This document shows, in pieces, positions 43,178 to 53,950 of a stretch of DNA of 64,000 bases. A program made the translations under genes and the position numbers. The DNA is taken from assembly GCA_031835245.2 (NCBI GenBank), contig JAVKOQ020000032.1:62001-126000 (forward strand), written 5' to 3'. This DNA is from Balamuthia mandrillaris. Its lineage: Eukaryota. The notes beneath the pieces are model-generated. The model was given only the letters and a program-made list of their open reading frames with translations. It was not told the origin of the DNA and searched no databases. Within the stretch, counting starts at the first letter, position 1. Each line of letters begins with the position of its first letter.

Positions 43178-43716
43178 GGTCTTTGGTTTGTTTATGTGGC
43201 ACGGGCTCCGGCGGAAGCTGAACAAGACCGCAACCGTCTTCTTTCTCTCCTTTGTTCTATAACGATTAAATGAAACGTTTCATTATGAAAATTATCCTAT
43301 TCAGCATTACATAAAGTCTCTGCTGTTGCACATGTGCATTTTTTTTTTGGTTAACATCATGGTGTGCGAAAGAGGTGTGTTGAAGACCGTCAGGGTGAAA
43401 CACAAGAAGAGAAGCTGATGTTATGTGTTTTTTCTTTCTTCAAACAACCTTTTCTTATTTTTGATTTGTTTTACCCTCCGGTCAGATCCAACCAATGATT
43501 TGATTTATGCTGATCTATAATTAATCAAAAAGCCAATGAGAATCAAACAATTCAGGGATGAAAGAAAGAGAGGCAGAAGAAGAGTCGATAAAGCTTTGTG
43601 GCTTTCTCTTCCTTCTCGTCCCCATGGCTTTTTGTTTTTAAAACGATGCGAACAACAATCTCCTCAAGGATGATGGTAGGCCTTTGTTAGGATGGTCGCT
43701 TTTATAAAAATCGGAT

Positions 43717-44358
43717 CTACAATTCAACTTCTTCCTCGTCATCTTCCTCCCTTTCTTTCCTCTTCTCTTCTTCCTTCGAAGGAAGGAAAGCGCTTCCACC
43801 TCCCACGGAGGCTAGCTCGCGTTTGAATCGTTGGCTGCGGAGTTGGTTACGCTCCTCCATCTCGACCTTGCTGAAGCCTTCCAGAGAGATACTGCCCGCT
43901 CGACTAGGAGGTTCTCTCTTTGCAGATGTGTTTTGCGTTTCGTTTTTATCTCCTCTTCTTTTTCTTGATTTTCTGTCCCTGCTTCTTCTTTCCTTTCGTG
44001 TTGTTGTGCTTTTGCTTCTTCCTTCTCCTCTTTCTCTATGTTTAGTCTTCTTGCCTAATCCACTTGATACTAGAAAGAGGAGAGAGTGGAAAAGAATGAA
44101 AGAAGAGTAAGCAAAAACAAAAGAAAAAGAACAGAAAGAGCAGAAAGAAACCTCGCATGGTAGAGGCACTCCATCGGGAGCGATGGCGCGGAGCCATCTC
44201 ATGAGGCAAGGGCTTGCGGTCCTCGACCGTTGCCAAGCGAAGCATGATCGGTCGTCCTCGCCATGGTTTTCCTTGCTTCCAACTGTACAGTTCTTTTTCT
44301 ATTTCATACAATTATATTTAAAGCAAAACGAATTAAAAAACCGGAGCGAGCGAGAGAG

Positions 44359-44413
<55 letters not shown>

Positions 44414-45696
44414 GCAAGGTATACCATCAAGGCTGAAGGGAAGTGGAGAGTTGCATCCGGAAAATAAGGCTCGTTTAGCGGCAGCTTCATCTGGAAATAC
44501 TACATTACCTGTTGGTGATATTATTGTGAGAACAAAGTAGGTATAAAGGAGGAAGACGGAAGGAAGATAAAGAAGTGAGGCGCTACATGATGAATCGTTG
44601 ATCCATTCCACATAACTGGGCGAATACTCGAAAAAGTGCTTGAAGACATTTTCAGTGCTCATGTCATCAGTTCCGTAAAGGTGGATGGTGTCCATTCGTC
44701 GAGCGACAGAGTCGCCCACATCCTTTCTCTCCTCACTGGCCGCTACCACGTCCATTCCTTCTTCTACTTCAACTTCTTCTTCTTCGTCGTCAGCGTCTTC
44801 ATCTTCGTCACCCTTGTTGTCAGCTTTTTCTGTGGCTTCATTTTCTTCTTCTTGTTCTTTTTCTTTTGCGTCGTTTGACTGTCCTTCTTCAGCGTTTTGC
44901 AAAGCGCGAAGAGTGCTCCCAAACTTTTGGGCTCGTTGTCTTCTTTTCTCTTGTTCTTCCTTTAAGTGTGGTTTTGTTTTTTGTGGTTTAGCAGAAAGAA
45001 AAATCGAAGGAGGGGAGAGAGAAAGAGATGTGAGAGAGAGAGAGAGAGAGAAGTGAGAGGAGAGAGGAGAGAGGGAGAGAAGAGAGCGAAAGCGAGGGCA
45101 GAGCGAGAACCAGAAGAGAGCGAGAGAGAGAGAGAGCGAGAGAGAGAGAGAGAGAGAGAGAGAGGGGAGAGGGAGCAAGAGAGAAGAGGAGAAAGAAAGA
45201 GTAGAGAGAGGGCAAGAAAGAGAGGAGAGAGAAGCACAAAGGAGACGTGATGAGAATGAAACCTCTGAAAAGGGGTCAACGCCAACGGCTGCGGAAGCGG
45301 GTCCGAAGGGATTCTTGTAGCGTTTGACCTGGAAAACAAGGTCTCTCGATGGCTCTTTGAAATCAATGCCAAACCTCTGGGCTCTACACTCACACACGCA
45401 CAAAAAGCAGTGAACGTGAGTGCACCACAACAACAAAAAAAAATAATCTGATCTTATCTCCAAACGAAAAAAACAAACCGTTTGGCGTTCGCCTCGCGCT
45501 GCAGCGCCAACGGATCGGGAGTTCCTGCCCCAACGGAGGAACCTTCCTCCCTCTTCTGCCAAACGATGGGAGTGTGACGATGGTCATCGACAGCGCTCCC
45601 CTCCCCCTCCTCCCGTTCATTGCCTGCTCCCTCCTCTGCCTCCAGCTCCGTCCCAAAGGGGGCCGTCGTCCCCTCCACGTTTTGCTCCTCTTCCAT
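43717..45696 (-). CDS. NCBP3: Nuclear cap-binding protein subunit 3 (DUF2414 family)
   Basis: DTIHLYGTDDMSTENVFKHFFEYSPSYVEWINDSSCNVVFPDEAAAKRAL, MLRLATVEDRK, repeated RAQRFG/RAQKFG motifs. Confidence 0.88.
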
Positions 45697-45801
45697 CTTT
45701 TTTTGTTGTTATTTTATTTTCCTTTCGATGTCGACAAAAATATAACTTACTCGAATTTACGTGACCATTAGGCTAGAGCAGGAGCTAATTTCCGTGAACA
45801 A

Positions 45802-45872
45802 GCATCCGTAGTCTAGGGGCATGATTTCCGCCTGCCACGCGGGAGGCCCGGGTTCAACTCCCGGCGGATGCA
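45802..45872 (+). tRNA. tRNA-Gly(GCC)
   Basis: Acceptor stem GCATCCG/CGGATGC+A, anticodon arm CCGC-CTGCCAC-GCGG, T arm CCGGGTTCAACTCCCGG, followed by a T-run Pol III terminator. Confidence 0.95.
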
Positions 45873-45910
45873 CATTATTTTTTGTTTTTTTTTTTGGTTT
45901 CATCTTTTCT

Positions 45911-45949
<39 letters not shown>

Positions 45950-46113
45950 TTTCTTTTATCTTTCCCTCTGCACTCTCCCTCACTCACTCTCTCTCACTCT
46001 CTTTCTTTCTTCAGTCCCTCCTTTGTTTTTGCTTTTTTTTTAATTTAGACAATTGCACCCTCTAGACTGATAAGGTGTTGTTAATTAAAGAGCGGAAAGA
46101 ACAGGTGTAACGA

Positions 46114-47274
46114 ATGCAAGACGTGGAACCAGACAGCAGACCTATCGTCATTGATGTCGGCTCCTACCAAAGCAAAGCTGGCTTTGCAGGAGAGGACGAT
46201 CCTCATGCCATCTTCCCTTCTGTAGTCGGTCGACACCGACAGTCTAGCAGGGTTCTGGTCGGAATGGGCAAAAGGGAACATTACGTTGGCGATGAAGCTC
46301 TCAGCAAGGTTGGCTTTCTTCAACTCACCCTTCCCATTCAACGAGGTTTCGTGACGGACTGGACCGACATGGAGAACATCTGGCATCACACCATGTGGAA
46401 TGAGCTCCGGTGTCCTCCGGAGGAACAGCCTGCCTTGCTGGCCGAGACCATCCTCTCCCCAACAACGCAACGAGAAAAGACTGCGCAGCTCTTCTTTGAG
46501 ACTCACGCCGTGCCAGCTCTGTGCATTGCTTCGCATCCTCTCTTGTCCTTGTTTTCTTCGGGACGAACCACCGGACTGGTTGTGGAATGCGGGGATGGGG
46601 TGACCAACATTGTTCCTATTCATGAAGGTCAAGTCCTGAGCGACGTTTCTGGTTCTTCTCTGGCACAAAGGTTGGAACTAGCTGGAAGTGATGTTACAGT
46701 ATTGCTTGCCAAACTTCTTCAATGCAGAACTTCTTATTATGAGCTAAACATAGTACGAGACATCAAAGAAAAGCATGGTTACGTGGCGTTGGACTTTGAC
46801 AAAGAAGCAGCAACAACCTCTCCTTCTTCGTACGAGTTACCGGACGGCGCATTCATCACCCTTTCCCATGAGAAGTTTCGCTGCGCCGAAGCTCTCTTCC
46901 AACCCCATCTCTTTGCCAATGATACCAATAACAGCACCGAACATGGAATCCACCAAAAGGTCGTTGAATGCGTCGTTCAGTGTGGCGAGGCAAAGAAGGA
47001 CCTGCTGGAGAAGGAACTGCTTGCCAACATTATTTTGTGTGGAGGAGCATCCATGATGCAAGGCTTTGCGCAAAGGTTGCAAAGGGAGTTGAAGGAGCTG
47101 ATTAAAACGACGACAGGAGAGGTGAAGGTGATTGCGCCGGCGGCTCGAAAGTATTCCGCTTGGCTGGGCGGGTCCATGCTGGCCTCTCTGTCAACATTTG
47201 GAGAGAGGTGTTTCACAAGAGAAGAGTACGAAGAGCATGGTGCCAGTTATATCCACTCGAAGGGATCTTTCTGA
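46114..47274 (+). CDS. Divergent actin/actin-related protein, intronless
   Basis: IVIDVGSYQSKAGFAGEDDPHAIFPSVVGR, DMENIWHH, SGRTTGLVVECGDGVT, IVRDIKEK, YELPDG, RKYSAWLGGSMLASLSTF. Confidence 0.93.
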   Translation: MQDVEPDSRPIVIDVGSYQSKAGFAGEDDPHAIFPSVVGRHRQSSRVLVGMGKREHYVGDEALSKVGFLQLTLPIQRGFVTDWTDMENIWHHTMWNELRCPPEEQPALLAETILSPTTQREKTAQLFFETHAVPALCIASHPLLSLFSSGRTTGLVVECGDGVTNIVPIHEGQVLSDVSGSSLAQRLELAGSDVTVLLAKLLQCRTSYYELNIVRDIKEKHGYVALDFDKEAATTSPSSYELPDGAFITLSHEKFRCAEALFQPHLFANDTNNSTEHGIHQKVVECVVQCGEAKKDLLEKELLANIILCGGASMMQGFAQRLQRELKELIKTTTGEVKVIAPAARKYSAWLGGSMLASLSTFGERCFTREEYEEHGASYIHSKGSF

Positions 47275-47464
47275 AATAATAATGAGTTCATCTTGGCTTG
47301 CTATAGCCTTTCGTTGATGTGAGTCTTGCTCTTTGCTCGCTTTTCTTTACAGGAAGAGAGAAAAGAGAGGAACCCATTGAGCGAGGGTACCGGGTCGACC
47401 GGGAAAGGCAGGTTGGCCAAACAAAAAGGAGGAAGAGGAAGATTGGCTGCACACGCATGAAGAG

Positions 47465-48307
47465 ATGTTACGACTGAAACGGTTGCAAGCGGAACGAAAG
47501 AAAAAGATTGCCGCAGAGGTCCCTCCACCCAGCGACACCAGACCGACTGCCAACCACCAAAGCAAAAGCAACCTATGTCTCCAGAGAGGTATTCGAATGT
47601 TACCTTCCTCTCTTGCTTATTGCCGCGGCCTTCCTGGGTCGTCTGCTCATCTTTTTGCATGTTGCAGACATTGCAGAACTGGAGCCCATAGCTGGAGTAG
47701 AACTGCACTTCCCTGACGCCAATGACCTGCAACACTTCCTGGCCCTAGTTACGCCTATGGAAGGCATGTATTCCGGTGCAACATTCAGCTTCACCGTGGA
47801 GGTCCCTTCCAGCTATCCCCACGACCCCCCTAGAGTGGTGTGCAGCACGCTTGTCTTCAATCCGAGCATCAGTTGGGAGGGACACTTGGACCTCAACGTT
47901 TTGCGCTCCGATTGGACTCCTTTGATAGGCTTGAGAGGTGTCTTGATGGGGCTTTTGTGGTTATTTTTGGTATGTTTCTTGCGTGTCATGTGCTCTTCTG
48001 TCTCTCTCTCTCTCTGTCCCTCTCTCTTGCTCTTACACTCACACTGTCTCTTTCTCTTCTCTCAGTTCTCCTCGTTCTCTCTCTCTCTTTTTCGCTAGTT
48101 CTGTCTTTCTCTCGTTCGCTCCTCTTTACTTCTCACTCGTTCCTTTGTATATTTTTTAACTTTCATCAGGAAGTACACCCGTATGACTGTCTCAACGGAG
48201 AGGCAGCCAAGCTGTTGGAGGACAACCCTGTTGAGTTTGAGCGGACGGTAAGGCAAACTCTTCATGGCGGGCAAGTACTTGGCCGACATTTTCCCAAGCT
48301 TATTTGA
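47465..48307 (+). CDS. Ubc12/UBE2M-like E2 fold protein lacking the catalytic Cys, 3 exons
   Basis: MLRLKRLQ N-terminal helix, LQRDIAELE, VTPMEGMYSGATFSF, YPHDPPRVVC, LNGEAAKLL...FERTVRQTLHGG. Active-site region reads VFNPSISWEGHLDLNVLRSDW. Confidence 0.88.
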
Positions 48308-48340
48308 AGCTCACGCAACATCCATTGGGAAAGAGGAAAG

Positions 48341-48500
48341 AAGAACAAGAACAAGAACAAGAACAAGAACAAGAACAAGAACAAGAACAAGAACAAGAAC
48401 AAGAACAAGAACAAGAACAAGAACAAGAACAAGAACAAGAACAAGAAGAAGAACAAGAACAAGAACAAGAACAAGAAGAACAAAAAGAAGAACAAGCAGA
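48341..48500. repeat. (GAACAA)n tandem repeat
   Basis: Direct inspection; lies between convergent gene ends. Confidence 0.9.
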
Positions 48501-48594
48501 AGATAAGCCACAAGAAGCAAGAAAAGCATCGTTTTTGTATTTCTATATAATTTAAACCGGTAAAAAGCTGGGTGCAAGAATCCTTTGCGTTCGC

Positions 48595-49325
48595 TTAGCC
48601 TTCTCTGGCAGATATCTCAAAGTTTACCAAAGCATACAATAAAAGGAGAACCCAGAGCTGCTCTTCACTGCTAACACACAAGCGAAACTCACGAGCCCTT
48701 CTGTACCATTTCTTCCGAGCAAACTGGGCCACCATTACTCCATCTTGGATGATGGTGGTTCTCGTGAGAGAATGCTTGTCAATCCGGAGGTCATCTGCTG
48801 TGCTGTCGCCCATGCCTACCCACCATTTCCTGCCTTTATTCTAGGTTTATATCTGTTAGTTGTTTGTGGAGAAAAAAAACCAATGCACATTCCACAAAGT
48901 ACATACTATGATGTTTGCAATGGGTGGGCCCTGCTTGCCTCCCTTTCTGACTTCCCATTTTGTTGAAACAGCGAAAGCGCTGGAGTAGCACTTGGCATAC
49001 GCCAACAGGTGTTCCTTGGAACCGTCAAACAGGGTATAGGAAGGTAAATAAAAGGAGTTCCCAGGTTTTGCAACAAAAGTTTTGGTGTCATCCAGGTACG
49101 CTTTATAGCTGTGACCTAGATAGCTTTCCCTTTTGTTCATGAAGAGGTCGGCGGGTCAACACACTCACAAATGGGCAAGAGAAAAAAAGGAACACGCAAC
49201 GAAATGGTGCGTTACCTCATCGTGAAAACGAGAGAACGAGAGCCATGCATTGCTTCTTCGCCATTGGAAGGGTATTCCTGCAAGGAGAAGGAGGAACCCC
49301 CACACCAGTTGTCGCTGTTGTTCAT
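48595..49325 (-). CDS. LURP-one/Tubby-C-like paralog A, 3 exons
   Basis: MNNSDNWCGG...VFTMR / ESYLGHSYKAYL...KWEVRKGGKQGPPIANII / NKGRKWWVGMGD...EEQLWVLLLLYALV. Confidence 0.72.
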
Positions 49326-49593
49326 AGTTTCAGGTTTGGTTGGCGTTTTAGCGTGGAGTGCCAAAACCTCGTGGTTCTCATTTTTATATTTGGCAAACCG
49401 TTTTCCTGGAATGTCCGGGAAGAGAACCAATCTGAACTCTTCTGTTCATGTGTGTTTTAACTATGGCCTCGAGGGCGTTGGAGAGCAGAGAAAAAGAAAG
49501 ACTTGAGCAAAGGAAGATGGGCTCGAGACGACGGTGCTCTTTTTTTTTTTTTTTTCCCTCCCCTCTCCTTCTTCGTCTTGCTGCTCTCTGGCA

Positions 49594-49807
49594 AAAGGTG
49601 TGCTCCTTGCAGGTGGCTCCCAAAGACACCAACCCACGACCACAGTCAGCAGCGCGTTCCGCTTCACAGCTTTCCAGGCTCCAACTGGGCCGCCTTACCA
49701 TGGGCTCTCTACCTTCACCTCTTTCCCTCCGCTTTTGCACTCTGCCTCGGTCCTTTGCAGCTCTTCACTCCTCTTCCTCGTCGCTGTTCTTCCTTTCATC
49801 GCTGGGT
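49594..49807. pseudogene. Rearranged partial copy of the DUF2306-like gene (inverted 73 bp + direct 138 bp)
   Basis: 49594-49666 matches the reverse complement of 54961-55033; 49670-49807 matches 55030-55167; few substitutions. Confidence 0.93.
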
Positions 49808-50279
49808 CAATGGCACAATCCTCACTGTCGTCTTCTCTATCATTGTTGCCCTTGCTGTCATCATTGCCGTTGCTGTCATCAATGCCTTCGCGCTCCTCGC
49901 TCTCCTCGCTCTCTTCCATCTCTTTGCTGTCTTCGCTCTCTTTGCTGTCTTCGCTCTCTTTGCTGTCTTCACTCCCTGTTATGTCATTGCAGCCTTCGCG
50001 CTCATCGCTATCACCGCTGTCGTCGTTGCTATCTGCAGCTGCCCCATTGCTATTACTGCTATCTTTGTAGCTGCCATCTTCGCTCTCTGCGGTTTCGATG
50101 TCGTTTCTTTCATTGCTGTTGATGGCTCCACGCTTTTTGTTGATGTGAATATCTTCAAATAACGAACCCCAGCTGATGGAAGTGCTGTTGCATTCTTCTG
50201 TGTGAGGAGGAAAAGCCAACCCAGTGGTCCTCCCCACCACGGACGGTCCATCCTCTGCTTTCCGAGTCCGATGGTCCAT
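49695..50279 (-). CDS. Possible S/D/E-rich low-complexity ORF (SEDSKE repeats)
   Basis: 194-codon ATG-initiated ORF with 18-bp repeats. Its end runs antisense into the DUF2306 fragment; no recognisable domain. Confidence 0.25.
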   Translation of the reverse strand: MDHRTRKAEDGPSVVGRTTGLAFPPHTEECNSTSISWGSLFEDIHINKKRGAINSNERNDIETAESEDGSYKDSSNSNGAAADSNDDSGDSDEREGCNDITGSEDSKESEDSKESEDSKEMEESEESEEREGIDDSNGNDDSKGNNDREDDSEDCAIDPAMKGRTATRKRSEELQRTEAECKSGGKEVKVESPW

Positions 50280-50370
50280 TCAAGCGACCTCATAGATTAT
50301 TTGCTTCTTCTTGTTTAAAAACAACGCACAACTGGTCTTGGCTGCTGCTGCTCTTTATAAACGCTTGTCG

Positions 50371-50921
50371 AACAAGAACAAGAACAAGAAGAACATGAAC
50401 AAGAAGAAGCAGAACAAGAAGGAGAAGAAGAAGAAGAAGAAGAAGAAGAAGAAGAAGAAGAAGAAGAAGAAGAAGAAGAAGAAGAAGAAGAAGAAGAAGA
50501 AGAAGAAGAAGAAGAAGAAGAAGAAGAAGAAGAAGAAGAAGAAGAAGAAGAAGAAGAAGAAGAAGAAGAAGAAGAAGAAGAAGAAGAAGAAGAAGAAGAA
50601 GAAGAAGAAGAAGAAGAAGAAGAAGAAGAAGAAAAGAAGAAGAAGGAGAAGAAGAAGAAGAAGAAGAAGAAGAAGAAGAAGAAGAAGAAGAAGAAGAAGA
50701 AGAAGAAGAAGAAGAAGAAGAAGAAGAAGAAGAAGAAGAAGAAGAAGAAGAAGAAGAAGAAGAAGAAGAAGAAGAAGAAGAAGCAGAAGAACAAGAAGAA
50801 GAAGAAGAACAAGAAGAAGAACAAGAACAAGAAGAAGAAGAAGAACAAGAAGAAGAAGAAGAAGAACAAGAAGAAGAAGAAGAAGAAGAACAAGAAGAAC
50901 AAGAAGAACAAGAAGAAGAAG
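50371..50921. repeat. Long (AAG)n microsatellite with GAACAA-type flanks
   Basis: Direct inspection, about 550 bp. Confidence 0.97.
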
Positions 50922-51190
50922 ATAAGCCACAAGAAGCAAGAAAAGCAGCGTTTTTGTATTTCTATATAATTAAAAAAAAAAACTCTTTTTTCCAACAGGT
51001 AAAACGCTGGCTGTACGAATTTGTTCTTGTTCATTGTGTATCGTTCTTTTTCGCGTTCGTGTTCTTGTTCATCGTGCTTGTTTGTGTTGTTGTTCTTTGT
51101 ATATCGTTCTAGTTTTAGTTCTCGTTCTTGCTCATTGTTTATTGTTCTTGTTCTCCTTTATGTTCTTGTTCTCGTTCTTATTCTTGACCT

Positions 51191-51582
51191 CAAGCAGTAG
51201 CGGCGCACTTCTTGCTCTTGCTCTTGTTCTTGTTCGTGTCCTTGATTTCGTTCTTGTTCTCGTTCGCATTCTTGTTCTTGTTCTTGTTGTCATTCAAATA
51301 TTTGTGGCTTTCTCTCTTTGTTTCCCACCATAAACACTTTAAAAGTTGATAGTGGAAGCACAGCTTGAGCTAAACATTAAATGTACTGTTGAAACGCTCA
51401 TGGAACGCTTCACGTTACTTTTTATTGCTGTTCTTTTTCGAGATGGTTTGATAGGGCTTTTTGTGGGTATTTTTCTTATGTGTCATGTTCTCTTCTCCTG
51501 GGAACAAGAAGAACAAGAAGAACAAGAATAACAAAAATGATAAGAACAAGAGCAAGAACAAGAAGTGCGCCGCTACTGCTTG
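51191..51582. mobile_element. Candidate MITE/foldback element with 41-bp terminal inverted repeats
   Basis: 51191-51231 is the reverse complement of 51542-51582 with 1 mismatch; unique core CAAGCAGTAGCGGCGCACTTCTTG; AT-rich interior with no convincing coding sequence. Confidence 0.5.
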
Positions 51583-51669
51583 CGGTGTGGTCATTATAGA
51601 AACAATTTTTATACCAAAAAAAAAAAACTTGTAAAAAGCAATCCGTTGCATTCACTTATCTTTTTTTAT

Positions 51670-52485
51670 CCTGCATCACCAAATTAACCAAAGCATACAA
51701 TAACAGGAGAACCCATAGCTATTCTTCATTGCTGACACACATGCAAAACTCATCATTACTTTTATACCATTTCTTCTGAGCAAACCGGGCCACTGTTACT
51801 CCATTTTTGATGATGAGGGTGCTCCTTAAAGAATGCTTGTCAATCCTGAGGTCATCTGTTGTGTTCTCACCCATGCTTACCCACCATCTCTTGCCTTTGT
51901 TCTTGGGTTCATTTGTTGTTAGTTATCTATGGAAATGAACCAATGCACATTTTTAAAGACAACAACAACAACAACAACAACATAAGACAACAACAACATA
52001 AGACGACAACAACAACATAAGACAACAACAACAACATAAGACAACAACAACAACAACAACAACAAATAGTACATACTTTGATTTTTGCAATGGGTGGGCC
52101 GTGCTTGCCTCCTCGCCTAACTTCCCATTTCGGTGACTTGCCATTCAGAATGCTGGAGTAACGCTTGGCATAAGCCAACACGTTTGCCTTGGAACCGTCA
52201 TACAGTGTATAGCAAGGGAGGCCCCAGGAGGCCCCAGGTTTGGCAAGAAAGATTTTGGTGTCACCCAGGTACGCTTTATAGGTGCAAAATACACGGCTGT
52301 TTGTTTTTTTTAAATGAAGTGGTTGGAGGGGTCCACACTTGTTAGCAAAGTGCAAGTGAAACAAAAAAAAAGCCAAAGAATAGTAGATACCTCATGGAGA
52401 AAACAAGAGTACAAGAACCGCCATTGGGAGGAAATGCCGGCAAGGAGAGGGAGGAACTCCCACACGTTTTGTAGCTGTCGTTCAT
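51670..52485 (-). pseudogene. LURP-one/Tubby-C-like paralog B with premature stop
   Basis: Same three-exon structure as paralog A, but reads SNEE*(TAG, 51719-51721)LWVLLLLYALVN where A has SSEEQ(CAG)LWVLLLLYALVN. Confidence 0.75.
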
Positions 52486-53178
52486 AACAAACGTTTGTTT
52501 TGTGCGGTACGAGTTTTTTGTATTCCTATTTATGTAGTTTCTTTATTTCTGTTTTCCTGGAAAGTCTTTGATTCTTACCACGTGCCTGGCTGATGTTCGG
52601 CACGTGGCAATAGATGATTAATCATCAATTTCTTTATTAAAGGGAAAAGAAAGGACAAGAAAGAAAAAGAAAGAACGCCATGCGCCAGCCAGGCAAGGAG
52701 AAGCAGGAGACAGAGCGCCACCCATGTCAAAAGGTATCCATCAGCAGGAGCACGCAACAGAGAGGGAGAAAGGAGCTGATAGAGAGAGCAAAAAAAAAAA
52801 TCAGCACAACGGGAAGAGAAATGAAAGTGATACGTGTCGCGGTTGCCGCTCGTGGAACAGCGGTCTCTTCAGTCTCTGTGAGTGTGAAGCAAAATAAAAA
52901 TAAGGAAGAGGGAAGAAAAAAAAAAGAGGCAAAGGTTCCGCCAAGCCCATGAGCCTGTCGCCGTTTTGCTTGCTTGGAAAGCGGAACTGTCTCCTCTCTT
53001 CTCTCGCCTCCTTCGATGCTGCCTGAAAGCCCAGAGCGGCCAAGTCTTCCTTCAAACTGATCAGGAAGTCAGCGTTCGGCGGTGTTCGGCGGTGAGACGT
53101 CTATGCCGCCACATCAAGGACACTCGATGAAACACCGTTTTGTTGTTTTGCCATGTTACTGTGCATTGTTTGCTTGAG

Positions 53179-53950
53179 CTAGAGCAAGAACAAACTGTGT
53201 GTTTTAACTACAAATTGTCCTCCATCATGCGCTTGACCAGAGAGCACAACAGCAGGAGAACCCACACGTGTTCTCCTTTTCTCACCAACAGCGTGAACCT
53301 GCTGGTACCCATTCTTTGCTTTCGGGCAATCTGCGCCACCGCTGCTCCGTTTTTGATGATGGGAATGGAAGTGCAGCAGGCACAAGGGTTGTCAATGCGC
53401 AGACGGTCCGTTTCGTTGTCCTTCATGAGCTTAACCCACCATGTTCCTGCATGCTTGGTTTCATTTTTTTGTGTTTGTTTGTTGTTGGAAGAACACACGC
53501 ACTGAACAATAGATAAAAATAACATACTGTTATGTTGGCAATGGGCACGCCGTGCTTTCCACCAAGCCTGACTTCCCATTTTGAACTTGAGGAATACCAG
53601 CGAGAGCAGCGCTTGGCATAAGCCAACAGTTTTCCTTTGGAACTATACAGCGCAAAGGAAGGTAACCCGAAGGAGGCCTGGGGCTCTGCTTCAAAAACTC
53701 GAGCGTCACCCAAGTATATTTTATGCCTGTCACTTCCCCCCCTTTGTTCAAGGAAAGGTTGTTTAACAGTGACCATGTGCAGAACAGAACCGCCAAAGAA
53801 AATGGTGCTATACCTCATCGTGAAGGTTACATTCCGAGAGGCAATCATTCCCAGGTCTTGTGCGGAATAGCCGGCAGCATTGGAGACGTGTGTTGAAGAA
53901 GGCGTCCTCCTGGACGAGGAGGAGCTCCTGGGCTTCGTCTTGCAGAACAT
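53179..53950 (-). CDS. LURP-one/Tubby-C-like paralog C, 3 exons
   Basis: VTFTMR / GGSDRHKIYLGD...LLAYAKRCSRWYSSSSKWEVRLGGKHGVPIANIT / HAGTWWVKLMKD...RKGEHVWVLLLLCSLV. Confidence 0.72.

Noticed and set aside
50311..51034. Poly-K/R/F/L/S ORFs
   Set aside because: Translations of the (AAG)n microsatellite; the same applies to ORFs over 23.3-23.6, 24.3-24.6 and 48.3-48.5 kb.
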